64,000 bases of DNA, taken from assembly GCA_944391075.1 (NCBI GenBank), contig CALXSG010000004.1:10445-74444 (forward strand), in the 5' to 3' direction. This document shows, piece by piece, positions 45,905-55,414 of this stretch. The DNA comes from an uncultured Rickettsiales bacterium (GTDB lineage: Bacteria > Pseudomonadota > Alphaproteobacteria > Rickettsiales > UBA1997). Made by a program: the position numbers and the translations under genes. The notes below the pieces were generated by a model that made no database searches, was not told where the DNA came from, and saw nothing but the letters and a program-made list of their open reading frames with translations. Position 1 is the first letter of the stretch, and each line of letters begins with the position of its first letter.

Positions 45905-46906
45905 TTATTCAGCTTTATCTTCAACAACAGCTGGAGCCTTTGCTTCTTCTTTAACAGCAGGAGCTTTTGTTTCTTTCTTTACAGCTGGAGCTTTTGCTTC
46001 TTTTTTTGCAACAGGTAATTTATCACCTTTTTTTGATTTATTTAAAGCTTTACTTGGTTTTTTTGATGAAGTTTTTTTAGCTTCTTTTTTAACTTCTTTT
46101 TTAATTACTGGTGCATTTTCTAAAGCATCTTTTAAAGCTTCTTCAATAACTTTCATGTATAATTTAATAGCTTTAATAGAGTCATCGTTTCCTGGAATTG
46201 GATAATCAATATTGTCAGGATCTGAATTTGTATCAACAATAGCCATTACAGGAATACCTAAACTTTTAGCTTCAGCAATAGAAAGAGTTTCTCTTGGAGT
46301 ATCAACTACAAAAATCAAGTCAGGTAATTTTGACATGTCTTTGATACCACCTAATTGTTTTTCTAACTTATCTTTTTTTCTACTTAACATTAATTTTTCT
46401 TTTTTTGTTAAAGTAGAATTTTCGTCAGCTAATTCGTTTTCAATTTCTTTTAATGTTTTTATAGATCTAGAAATTGTTTTCCAGTTTGTTAACATACCAC
46501 CTAACCATTTGTTGGTAACGTAGTATTGTTTACAATCAACAGCAACTTCCTTAACAGTTTCTGCACCTTGTTTTTTTGTACAAACAAACAAAATTTTACC
46601 ATTTCTTTTTACAATTTCTCTCAAAATTTTTGAAGCCTCAGCAAGTAAAATTGCACTTTGTGTTAAGTCAATAATATGCAATTCATTTTTAACACCATAG
46701 ATATATGGAGCCATTTTTGCATTCCATCTAGATGTTCTGTGTCCAAAATGAACACCTGCTTCTAACATTTCTCTAATTGTAAAATGTGGTTCAAACTCTT
46801 TGTTTTCTTTTGTATTTTCAACATTTTCTTGTTGATTTTCTAAGGTTTCGTTTTGTTCTACTGTATTTTCCAGAACTTCACCTTGTTCTTTTGTCATTTC
46901 TGTCAT
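45905..46906 (-). CDS. rpsB: 30S ribosomal protein S2 with N- and C-terminal extensions
   Basis: The core REMLEAGVHFGHRTSRWNAKMAPYIYG begins at aa ~45. 333 aa versus ~240 for a typical S2. Confidence 0.93.
   Translation of the reverse strand: MTEMTKEQGEVLENTVEQNETLENQQENVENTKENKEFEPHFTIREMLEAGVHFGHRTSRWNAKMAPYIYGVKNELHIIDLTQSAILLAEASKILREIVKRNGKILFVCTKKQGAETVKEVAVDCKQYYVTNKWLGGMLTNWKTISRSIKTLKEIENELADENSTLTKKEKLMLSRKKDKLEKQLGGIKDMSKLPDLIFVVDTPRETLSIAEAKSLGIPVMAIVDTNSDPDNIDYPIPGNDDSIKAIKLYMKVIEEALKDALENAPVIKKEVKKEAKKTSSKKPSKALNKSKKGDKLPVAKKEAKAPAVKKETKAPAVKEEAKAPAVVEDKAE
45926..46006 (-). repeat. 3 x 27-nt tandem repeat encoding (K-x-E-A/T-K-A-P-A-V)3 in the rpsB C-terminal extension
   Basis: Plus strand: aacagctggagcctttgcttcttcttt / aacagcaggagcttttgtttctttctt / tacagctggagcttttgcttctttttt. 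Protein: KKEAKAPAV KKETKAPAV KEEAKAPAV. Confidence 0.85.
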
Positions 46907-47117
46907 AATTTTTTCCTTTTCTTTGGTTATACCACCATCAGCTCAATATCTATATAAATAGACACCAAAGTTTGGCTGATTGTGATTTATTATTAATAAT
47001 ATTAAATGAACTAATCAAAAATTAATTCACTACAAATATAATATATATAATATTTATTTTGCAAGAGTTTTTTATATTTTATAAATCTTATATATTAATT
47101 TAGATTTACTATATAAT

Positions 47118-47141
47118 TTAAGGGCCTTTAAAAGCCCTTAA
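47118..47141 (-). terminator. Rho-independent terminator after rne
   Basis: ttaagggc (47118-47125) pairs with gcccttaa (47134-47141). Confidence 0.6.
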
Positions 47142-47154
47142 ATAACTAAATTTA

Positions 47155-49296
47155 TTATAAACCTAATAACTTCTTAAACCAACTTTTCTTTTTCTTCTTA
47201 TTCTTATTATTATTGTTATTATAATTAAATTTATTATATCTATTATATTGTTTCTTATTAATTCTCTTAGGTGATTTTTCATTTGGTTCATAAATTTCTT
47301 CATCAAATTTATATTTTTTAATATCAGCATTACTTACTGAATATGATTCATCATCAAAACTCAAATTTACTTTACCAACTTTTTGTTGAGGTTCCAATTC
47401 TCTTTTTTCTTCAGGAGTTAAACCTTTTCTCTTTTTAAGAGTATAATTATTGTCCTCCATATGTTCGTTAACTTCAACAAAAACATAAATACCGTAATCT
47501 TTTTCAATATTATTAATTTCTCTTCTCTTAAAATTCAATAGATAATCACATAAATCTAATGTAGTTTCAACAACAACAACATTTATTTGCTTATCATTAG
47601 ATGCATATTTAATAGCTCTTAAAATACTAAGTGCTACAATTTCTTTTGATTTAATTTTACCTTTTCCACTACATCGTGGGCAAACTTCACTACTTCTTTC
47701 CATAAAACTTGCACCAAGTCTTTGTCTAGAAAGTTCCATTAAACCAAAAATACTAAGTCTAGCAATTTGAATTCTAGCTCTATCTGTTGACATAGCATCT
47801 CTCATTGCCTTTTCAACTATTCGTCTGTTTTTTAATTCAAACATATCAATATAGTCAATAACAACTAAACCACCTAAATCTCTAAGTTTTAATTGTCTAG
47901 CAATTTCCTTTGCCGCCTCAACATTTGTAGCAACAGCCATTTCTTCAACACTCTTCTCTTTTGTAGCTTTTCCAGAGTTAACATCAATTGCAACTAATGC
48001 TTCTGTTTGATCTATAACGATAGAACCACCAGAAGGAAGATTTACTTTATTATTATATAATTCTAACAATTGATTTTCAATATTATATGACTGAAATAAA
48101 GGAACTTTATCAGTATGTAATTTAACAACAGGATTTTTAGTTGTCGATATAATTTTAGCTAAACTAGCAACAGATTTAAATGTATCTTCACCTTCTACTA
48201 CAATCTCATCAATATCATCAGTATATAAATCTCTAATTGTTTTTTTAATAATATCATCCTCAGCATGAATAAAAGCTGGTGCTTTTGATTCTAACGTAGT
48301 TTCTTTAATCGTCTTCCATAACCTAATAAGATATAAATAATCCTTTAAAATATCCTCAGGTTTTTTACCAACACCTGCTGTTCTTAAAATTATTGATTTA
48401 TCTTCTGAAACCTTTAAACTTCTTAAAATACTTTTTAAGATTTTTCTATCATTAATATTGGTAATTTTTTTAGAAACGCCACCTCTTCCTGGTGTATTAA
48501 CCATAAGAACACAATATTTTCCGGCAATAGAAATATATGTTGTCATTGCAACACCTTTATTGCCCCTTTCTTCTTTCAATACTTGTACTAAAAGATATTG
48601 TCCTTCTTTAATAACATCTTCAATTTTATATTGAGGTTCAACAACATTATTATTTGTAATGTCGGTTTCTTCATCAACAGAATAATTAGGTATAATATCT
48701 ACATCACTATCTTCATTATTATTTGATAAATTATCATCTAATACTTCATCAGTGTTTTCAATAGATATATTGCCTTCATCTTTATTAACAATATTATTTA
48801 AAGTATTGTCGTCAAGTTGCTCATTTTCAGCATTTACTAAAATAGTTTCACTATTAGAATCGGTTACAAAAACACCATCAGCTTGAATATTATTATTATC
48901 AAGACTTTCTACATTTGTGTTTTCTAAATTATCAATATTCTCTTCACTATTTTTATCTAACTCTTCAACTTTTTCTTCTTCTTCAATATTATTTAATTCA
49001 TCATTCGTTTGAAAAAATTTAACCTCTTTTAAATTTTTGATCTCGCTTTTAGGAATATTATAATAGTCTGGATGTATATCTGAAAAAGGTAAAAAACCAT
49101 GTCTATCACCACCATAATCTATAAAAGCTGCTTGTAATGAAGGTTCGATTCTGGTTACCTTAGCTAAATATATATTACCTTTCAATTGTTTAAAATTAAA
49201 ATCTTCTCTATCATAATTCTGTAAAACATTATCTTCTACTAATGCTACCCTTGTTTCTTCCTTAAACGCACCATCTATCAAAATCTTTTTACTCAT
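47155..49296 (-). CDS. rne: Ribonuclease E/G-family endoribonuclease (RNase E-like)
   Basis: S1 domain LKGNIYLAKVTRIEPSLQAAFIDYG. Catalytic core GGSIVIDQTEALVAIDVNSG. Zn-link CPRCSGKG. Start moved to ATG 49296 (MSKKILIDG), preceded by GGGAGAG. Confidence 0.88.
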   Translation of the reverse strand: MSKKILIDGAFKEETRVALVEDNVLQNYDREDFNFKQLKGNIYLAKVTRIEPSLQAAFIDYGGDRHGFLPFSDIHPDYYNIPKSEIKNLKEVKFFQTNDELNNIEEEEKVEELDKNSEENIDNLENTNVESLDNNNIQADGVFVTDSNSETILVNAENEQLDDNTLNNIVNKDEGNISIENTDEVLDDNLSNNNEDSDVDIIPNYSVDEETDITNNNVVEPQYKIEDVIKEGQYLLVQVLKEERGNKGVAMTTYISIAGKYCVLMVNTPGRGGVSKKITNINDRKILKSILRSLKVSEDKSIILRTAGVGKKPEDILKDYLYLIRLWKTIKETTLESKAPAFIHAEDDIIKKTIRDLYTDDIDEIVVEGEDTFKSVASLAKIISTTKNPVVKLHTDKVPLFQSYNIENQLLELYNNKVNLPSGGSIVIDQTEALVAIDVNSGKATKEKSVEEMAVATNVEAAKEIARQLKLRDLGGLVVIDYIDMFELKNRRIVEKAMRDAMSTDRARIQIARLSIFGLMELSRQRLGASFMERSSEVCPRCSGKGKIKSKEIVALSILRAIKYASNDKQINVVVVETTLDLCDYLLNFKRREINNIEKDYGIYVFVEVNEHMEDNNYTLKKRKGLTPEEKRELEPQQKVGKVNLSFDDESYSVSNADIKKYKFDEEIYEPNEKSPKRINKKQYNRYNKFNYNNNNNKNKKKKKSWFKKLLGL

Positions 49297-49655
49297 TTCT
49301 CTCCCTACTTTAAACATTGCATTATAATACAATATTTGGTCTGTTCAATATATTAACAAAAATACAACAAAAAATTCTCTATTTATTCATATTTGGTCAT
49401 ATTAAACCAATACCAAACGTTTATTTGCAATGCCATTAATAAAATTCAAATTCTCTAAGCTTTATTGCTATAATATTGCAAATAAATACATAAAAAGTAT
49501 ATTTTAAAATATACTTAATAAAGATTATAACCTTTTATTAAAAAAACAAGAGTTTAAAAAAATATTTTTAAACTATTATTTAAATAATTTTATAGGTATA
49601 ATATAAAGTAAATATTATAAATTTTTGTACTTCAATTATACCTATAAGAGTTATA

Positions 49656-50720
49656 TTAATCAGTAAAATTTTTTAATAATTCAACATCTTTTTGTAAATC
49701 TTCCTTTGCTTTATTAAATTGTTCCTTTTCACTATCTTCAACAAAATAATCTTTTATAGGAGTTAACTTTTCACTTGAAATTTTTACAGGAATAGATATT
49801 TCATCATATATCTTTACACCATATAATTTTGCTACATCTTCATTATTAATTAAAATATTACATACTGATTCAAGTTCTTCTTTTTCTCCAATATAAGCTA
49901 ATACAATATCGCTAATAGTTTTTGATGGCGCAACAAATGAACCATAAACTTTTAATGGAATTTCAGAACCTAATTTATTCAATATTGAAATATGCATACC
50001 CATATCTCTTGTTTCTTGCAAACAAGATTCAATTACCTTTTTACCTTCATCACTATCTAAAAATTCGTCAACTTCTTTTATATTGGTTTTTAATGTACTA
50101 TTTAAAATAAACATAGAATTATTGTGATAACCAACTATTTTTGCTTGTATATCTGTTTTTTTAAGAAAAGTAAATTTATCTTTTAAAGCATTATATAAAC
50201 AATAGCACAATCTAGCAGAATCAAGCGAATTTCCAATACCTATAACTTTTTGTGTTTTGCCTAAAATTGATCTCATTATACTTGTTATTATATCAACTTG
50301 ATTAGTAATCACTACAACAAAACTATTAGGAGCATATTTTTTTATATTCTCACCAATACCTTTTATCATATCTAAATTAACTTTGCAAGTTATAAGCCTT
50401 CCTGTGTTATCAAATTTTTTAAATTCTTCCTCTTCTTCTGGTGTAGCACTTTTAGATGCTGTAATAATAACTACATCGGCATTTTGAATTGATGTATAAT
50501 CTTGAGTAATGGAAAATTTAATATCTTTTATTTTATTAGAAATTAAAAATAAGCTATTTTCTAAATCTAATAAAAAACCTTTCATTTTATTTAAACTTGT
50601 TTCTTTATTTGAAACCAATAAAATAATTTCAATTTCATTATTATTCACACTATTACATATATTTTTAAGGACTTCCTGTCCTATTCTTCCATTAGCCCCA
50701 ATTATTGCAATTTTTTTCAT
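49656..50720 (-). CDS. Lactate/malate dehydrogenase-family 2-hydroxyacid dehydrogenase
   Basis: NAD-binding site KIAIIGANGRIG, ITNQVDI, LDSARL, catalytic His in VGYHNNS. Substrate specificity cannot be called from the sequence alone. Confidence 0.75.
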   Translation of the reverse strand: MKKIAIIGANGRIGQEVLKNICNSVNNNEIEIILLVSNKETSLNKMKGFLLDLENSLFLISNKIKDIKFSITQDYTSIQNADVVIITASKSATPEEEEEFKKFDNTGRLITCKVNLDMIKGIGENIKKYAPNSFVVVITNQVDIITSIMRSILGKTQKVIGIGNSLDSARLCYCLYNALKDKFTFLKKTDIQAKIVGYHNNSMFILNSTLKTNIKEVDEFLDSDEGKKVIESCLQETRDMGMHISILNKLGSEIPLKVYGSFVAPSKTISDIVLAYIGEKEELESVCNILINNEDVAKLYGVKIYDEISIPVKISSEKLTPIKDYFVEDSEKEQFNKAKEDLQKDVELLKNFTD

Positions 50721-50793
50721 ATTTTACCTATTATATTTATTATTTTATTAAAAGTATAAATATTTAATTTTATTTCACAATTCTTATTTATAA

Positions 50794-50828
50794 AAATATA
50801 GTGTTGAAAATTAATCAACACTATATTT
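50794..50828 (-). terminator. Hairpin after the MBL-fold hydrolase gene
   Basis: aaatatagtgttga (50794-50807) pairs with tcaacactatattt (50815-50828). 14-bp stem. Confidence 0.6.
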
Positions 50829-50852
50829 ATATTTATAACGAATCATTAATAA

Positions 50853-51620
50853 TTAAAATTCCAATATATCATTATTATGTGGAATTAATACATTTGACAA
50901 TTTTAAATTTTCTATATCTTGTCTTGTAGTTGTTAAGTGACTAACATTATCTAAATGACTAACTACTATGGCTGAATTTTTAGCAAAATTAGCTACCGCT
51001 TTTACATCATTATCATCCATAATAATTTTTTCATTATTTAATAACATCGCTCCACAAGCATTCACTACTATTATCTCCGGTTTGAATTTATTGATAGCTT
51101 GTTTAACTTCATCAACAAAAATTGTATCACCAGCAATATATAGTGTTTTTTCATTATTTGTTTTAAACACAACACCCATAGCATCATATGGCATACCTAT
51201 TGATTCACAAATAGGTTTTATAATTTCTCGTTTTCCATGCTGACAATCGGTTTTATATAATGTCGTACCAAAAATTTCAGTTCCATCATAGGACAAGATT
51301 TTAATATTATTAAAACCATACGATGAAATAATATCATAATCAGTTTTTGATTGGACAAAAAATGGAATATCTTTTTTGATTGCTTCTTCAGCATATTTAT
51401 CCCAATGATCTGGATGAAAATGAGTCAATATAACTGCATCTACATCAACTATTGTTTTTATATCAATAGGTAATTCCTCTCTTGGTTGTCTAATATGAGA
51501 ATTATATGCTCCTTCAAAGCCTGGCATATAGTCCTTTGGACCAAGCCATGGATCAATCAAAAATTTTTTGCCATTATATGTAACAATCAAAGTAGCATTT
51601 CTTATTTGATGTATTTTCAT
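50853..51620 (-). CDS. Metallo-beta-lactamase-fold hydrolase
   Basis: THFHPDHWD motif. Start moved to ATG 51620 (MKIHQIRNATLIV), because the ORF-track TTG start lies inside the adhE terminator. Confidence 0.7.
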   Translation of the reverse strand: MKIHQIRNATLIVTYNGKKFLIDPWLGPKDYMPGFEGAYNSHIRQPREELPIDIKTIVDVDAVILTHFHPDHWDKYAEEAIKKDIPFFVQSKTDYDIISSYGFNNIKILSYDGTEIFGTTLYKTDCQHGKREIIKPICESIGMPYDAMGVVFKTNNEKTLYIAGDTIFVDEVKQAINKFKPEIIVVNACGAMLLNNEKIIMDDNDVKAVANFAKNSAIVVSHLDNVSHLTTTRQDIENLKLSNVLIPHNNDILEF

Positions 51621-51656
51621 AATAAAACAAATTATTAATAGTATTATATATAGTCT

Positions 51657-51688
51657 ATTCAAGAAGAATAATATTATTCTTCTTGAAT
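51657..51688 (-). terminator. Perfect 32-nt palindrome after adhE
   Basis: attcaagaagaataatattattcttcttgaat is self-complementary. Confidence 0.65.
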
Positions 51689-51700
51689 ATTTATTAAAAT

Positions 51701-54301
51701 TTAGATATCAAAGTCAGTCTCACCTTCGTATGCTTTCCAATATAATTCTTCAATTTCAGAAATTAAAGGATATCTAGGGTTACAACCTGTACTTTGATCA
51801 TCAAATGCTTCTTCTGCTAAACCATTCTTTAAAGCTTTTTCAAGATCTTCTTTCTTTACACCACCTTCTTTCATAGAAGTTTTGATACCAACAGAAGTTT
51901 TTAATTCTTGAAGAGCCTTAATTAAATTATTTACTTTTTCATCATCATTCTTTCCACCTAAACCTAAATAATCTGCAATATGTGCATATCTTTGTTTAGC
52001 AAATGGATATTTGTATTGTGGGAATGCTGCTTGTTTTGTAGGTTTTTCAGAACTATTATACTTAATTACCTGACAAATCAAGTAAGCATTAGCAATACCA
52101 TGTGGAATATGTAAATGTCCACCAATTTTATGTGCCATTGAGTGGCAAACACCTAAAAAGGCATTAGCAAAAGCCATACCAGCAAGTGTTGCTGCATAAT
52201 GAACTTGTTCTCTGTCATATTCAGTGCATTCATTTACAGATTTTGGTAAGTGTTTAAACAATAATTTTAAACCTTCCAATGCAACACTATCAGTAAATGG
52301 ACTGGCCATTGTTGAAACATATGCTTCAAGACAATGTGTAACAGCATCAATACCAGAAGCAGCAGCTAAACCCTTAGGCATTGTCATAACAAAATCAGGA
52401 TCAATAATAGCCATACTAGGTGTAAATGCATAATCAGCTAATGGGTATTTAATGCCTGTTGCATCATCAGTAATAACTGAGAATGAACTAATTTCTGAAC
52501 CTGTACCTGATGTTGTAGGAATACAAATTAATTTAGCTACTTGTCCTAAATCTTTTAGCATAAAGATTCTTTTTCTAATATCCATAAATCTCATGGCAAC
52601 ATCTTCAAAAGCAATTTCTGGTTGCTCGTACATTAACCATAAAATTTTTGCAGCATCCATAGGTGAACCTCCACCTAATGCAATAATTAAATCAGGTTTA
52701 AATGTTCTAACATCATGTATTGCTTTATTAATTGTTGATAAATCTGGATCTGGATGAACATCATAGAAAAGTGTATATTCTACACCTATTTCATCAAGAA
52801 CATTTGTAACTTTCTTTGTTGTTCCTAAATCAAATAAGATTTTATCAGTAATAATAAATGCTTTTTTATGGCCTTTTAATTCTTCTAATGCAAATTTAGT
52901 ACAACCTTTCTTAAAATAAATCTTTGGTGGTACTTTGAACCATAACATATTTTCTTCTCTCATAGCTACTGTTTTAATATTAATAAGTTGTTTAACACCT
53001 ACGTTCTCACTAACGGAATTTTTACCCCAACTTCCGCAACCTAACGTTAAAGAAGGCTCCAACCTAAAATTATAAACATCACCAATACCACCGAAAGAAG
53101 AAGGAGTATTTACTAAAATTCTTCCTGTATCCATTACATCAGCATATTTCTTAATTCTATCTGTATATTGTTGATTTGTATAGAGAATAGATGTATGGCC
53201 TGCACCACCTAAATTAACTAATGCATGAGCTTTTTTTACACCATCTTCAAAATCTTTTGCTTTATACATACCAAGTAATGGAGATAATTTTTCTCTACCC
53301 CATGGTTCATTCATACTAATTTCAGTAGCTTCACCAATTAATATTTTTGTTTTTTCTGGAACTTTAATACCTGCCATTTCAGCAATTTTTGTAGCAGGTT
53401 GACCAACTATTGCAGAATTCAATACACCATTAGGGAAAGCAAAATTAATCAATTTTGTTTTATCTTGGCCTTTTACGTAGTATGCACCCCTTTTTTCAAA
53501 TTCTTTTTTAATATCGTCATATATTGATTCAACTACAACAGCACTTTGTTCAGATGCACATATCATACCATTATCAAAAGTTTTACTCATAATAATAGAA
53601 GATACGGTTGTTTCAATATCAGCTGTTTCATCAATTAAAGCAGGAGCATTTCCCGCACCAACACCAACAGCTGGTTTACCACAGCTATAAGCAGCTTTAA
53701 CCATACCAGGACCACCTGTTGCTAAAATTAAATCAACATCAGGGTGGTTCATTAAGGCCGCTGACAATTCAACACTAGGTTCATCAATCCAACCTAATAA
53801 ATTATCAGGAGCACCTGCTTGTCTAGCAGCTTCAACCACAACCTTTAATGCTTCAATAGTACATTTTTTAGCTCTTGGATGCGGTGAAAATACCATAGCA
53901 TTTCTAGTTTTTAAAGCAATTAAACATTTAAAAATTGCAGTTGCAGTTGGGTTTGTTGTAGGAACAACACAAGCTATAATTCCAACAGGGTCAGCAATTT
54001 TCATCATACCATGTGTAATATCTTCTTCAATAATACCGCAAGTTTTTGTATTCTTATATTTATTATAAATATATTCTGCTGCAAAATGATTTTTAATAAC
54101 TTTATCTTCAACAACACCCATACCAGTCTCTTCAACAGCCATTTTTGCAAGTCTAATTCTTTCAGTATTAGCTAATAATGCTGTTCTTTTAAAAATTTCA
54201 TCTACTTGTTCTTGTGAATATGTAGCGTAGATTTTTTGCGCTTCTTTGACTTTTTTAAGTAGAGCATCGAGACTTTCAAGTGAATTAACCAACTCTGTCA
54301 T
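51701..54301 (-). CDS. adhE: Bifunctional acetaldehyde-CoA/alcohol dehydrogenase
   Basis: N-terminal aldehyde dehydrogenase domain (catalytic Cys in MICASEQ) fused to a C-terminal iron-ADH domain (GGGSPMDAAK, His cluster CHSMAHKIGGHLHIPHG). Start at ATG 54301 (MTELVNS). Confidence 0.93.
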   Translation of the reverse strand: MTELVNSLESLDALLKKVKEAQKIYATYSQEQVDEIFKRTALLANTERIRLAKMAVEETGMGVVEDKVIKNHFAAEYIYNKYKNTKTCGIIEEDITHGMMKIADPVGIIACVVPTTNPTATAIFKCLIALKTRNAMVFSPHPRAKKCTIEALKVVVEAARQAGAPDNLLGWIDEPSVELSAALMNHPDVDLILATGGPGMVKAAYSCGKPAVGVGAGNAPALIDETADIETTVSSIIMSKTFDNGMICASEQSAVVVESIYDDIKKEFEKRGAYYVKGQDKTKLINFAFPNGVLNSAIVGQPATKIAEMAGIKVPEKTKILIGEATEISMNEPWGREKLSPLLGMYKAKDFEDGVKKAHALVNLGGAGHTSILYTNQQYTDRIKKYADVMDTGRILVNTPSSFGGIGDVYNFRLEPSLTLGCGSWGKNSVSENVGVKQLINIKTVAMREENMLWFKVPPKIYFKKGCTKFALEELKGHKKAFIITDKILFDLGTTKKVTNVLDEIGVEYTLFYDVHPDPDLSTINKAIHDVRTFKPDLIIALGGGSPMDAAKILWLMYEQPEIAFEDVAMRFMDIRKRIFMLKDLGQVAKLICIPTTSGTGSEISSFSVITDDATGIKYPLADYAFTPSMAIIDPDFVMTMPKGLAAASGIDAVTHCLEAYVSTMASPFTDSVALEGLKLLFKHLPKSVNECTEYDREQVHYAATLAGMAFANAFLGVCHSMAHKIGGHLHIPHGIANAYLICQVIKYNSSEKPTKQAAFPQYKYPFAKQRYAHIADYLGLGGKNDDEKVNNLIKALQELKTSVGIKTSMKEGGVKKEDLEKALKNGLAEEAFDDQSTGCNPRYPLISEIEELYWKAYEGETDFDI

Positions 54302-54622
54302 ATTTCTACCCTTTTTTATTGTTAACATTTCTATTATTATAACAAAAATTTTAATATTAAAGATATTTTTTAAATAATCTTAAAATTGATATATTAAAGC
54401 ATAAATATTAAATATATTAACTAAATTAAATATAAAAATAATTACAAATAATATTAAAAATTATCATATATTAAACAAAATTGTATATTTTACCAAAAAG
54501 AATATATTTATAGTTGCAAAAAATAGGCCAATTTTTTATATAATTTAAAAACTTGAAAAATATATATTATGTATTAAATTTTTCTTATTATGTTTAATAA
54601 TTGGAGTTATTACATTTTCTTT

Positions 54623-55411
54623 ATGAAAAAATTAATATTGTTGTTTGTTATATTATCTATTACTTTTCAAGCTAATGCTAATAATGTTGTTGAGAGTCAA
54701 GTTCAATTATCATATAAAACAGATTTTACAGCTGATCATATCATTGAAAGTGTTTACACAAGACCATACAATGCTTTTGATAATAATATAGAATATAGTT
54801 ATATTAAAACAAGTATGTTAGTTATGGCTGGTGCTAGTGTTCTTGGTGCTGGAATTTTATATTTATTACCAGAAAGCTTTACAAATTGGGACAAAGATGA
54901 TGCTTCTGATATATTTACTAAATGGAAAGACAATGTAACAGAAGGACCCGTTATGGACGAAGATGATTTCTTCTTAAATTATGTTACACATCCATATTGG
55001 GGTGCTGTTTATTATATGTCCGCTAGATCAGCTGGTGCAAATGTTTTTTATTCATTTTTATATTCTGCAATTTTATCTACATTCTTTTGGGAATATGGTG
55101 TAGAAGCTTTTGCCGAAGTGCCATCTAAACAAGATTTAATTATTACACCAGTTGTTGGTTCTATGTTTGGCGAATTATTTTATTTAAGTAAAAGACATAT
55201 AATTAATAATGACTACCAATTATTAGGTTCAAGAACATTAGGAAAAATTACAATATTTATAATGGATCCAATTACAGAAGTTACAAAATTCTTTTTAAGA
55301 GAAGATAAAGAAGATTTAACAGAAAATAAAGATATAGCCTTATATTCTTTCCCAACAATTGATAGTCATGGTGCTTTTGGCTATAATATTAATTTTAGTT
55401 ATAAATTTTAA
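54623..55411 (+). CDS. Secreted/outer-membrane protein, DUF3943-like
   Basis: Signal peptide MKKLILLFVILSITFQANA. NYVTHPYWGAVYYMSARSAG...FWEYGVEAFAEVPSKQDLIITPVVGSMFGE matches my recollection of DUF3943. Confidence 0.45.
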   Translation: MKKLILLFVILSITFQANANNVVESQVQLSYKTDFTADHIIESVYTRPYNAFDNNIEYSYIKTSMLVMAGASVLGAGILYLLPESFTNWDKDDASDIFTKWKDNVTEGPVMDEDDFFLNYVTHPYWGAVYYMSARSAGANVFYSFLYSAILSTFFWEYGVEAFAEVPSKQDLIITPVVGSMFGELFYLSKRHIINNDYQLLGSRTLGKITIFIMDPITEVTKFFLREDKEDLTENKDIALYSFPTIDSHGAFGYNINFSYKF

Positions 55412-55414
55412 AAT

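Noticed and set aside
45807-46205. 132-aa plus-strand ORF with repeated TAGAFAS units
   Set aside because: It is the antisense reading of the Lys/Ala-rich repeat tail of rpsB. Its repeats simply mirror the 27-nt repeats of the real gene.
46907-47000. Possible rpsB autoregulatory leader structure (complementary atcagc/gctgat segments around 46945-46985)
   Set aside because: Only short (6-bp) complementarities were found, and the known S2 leader motif is defined for gammaproteobacteria. The evidence is insufficient to call a feature.
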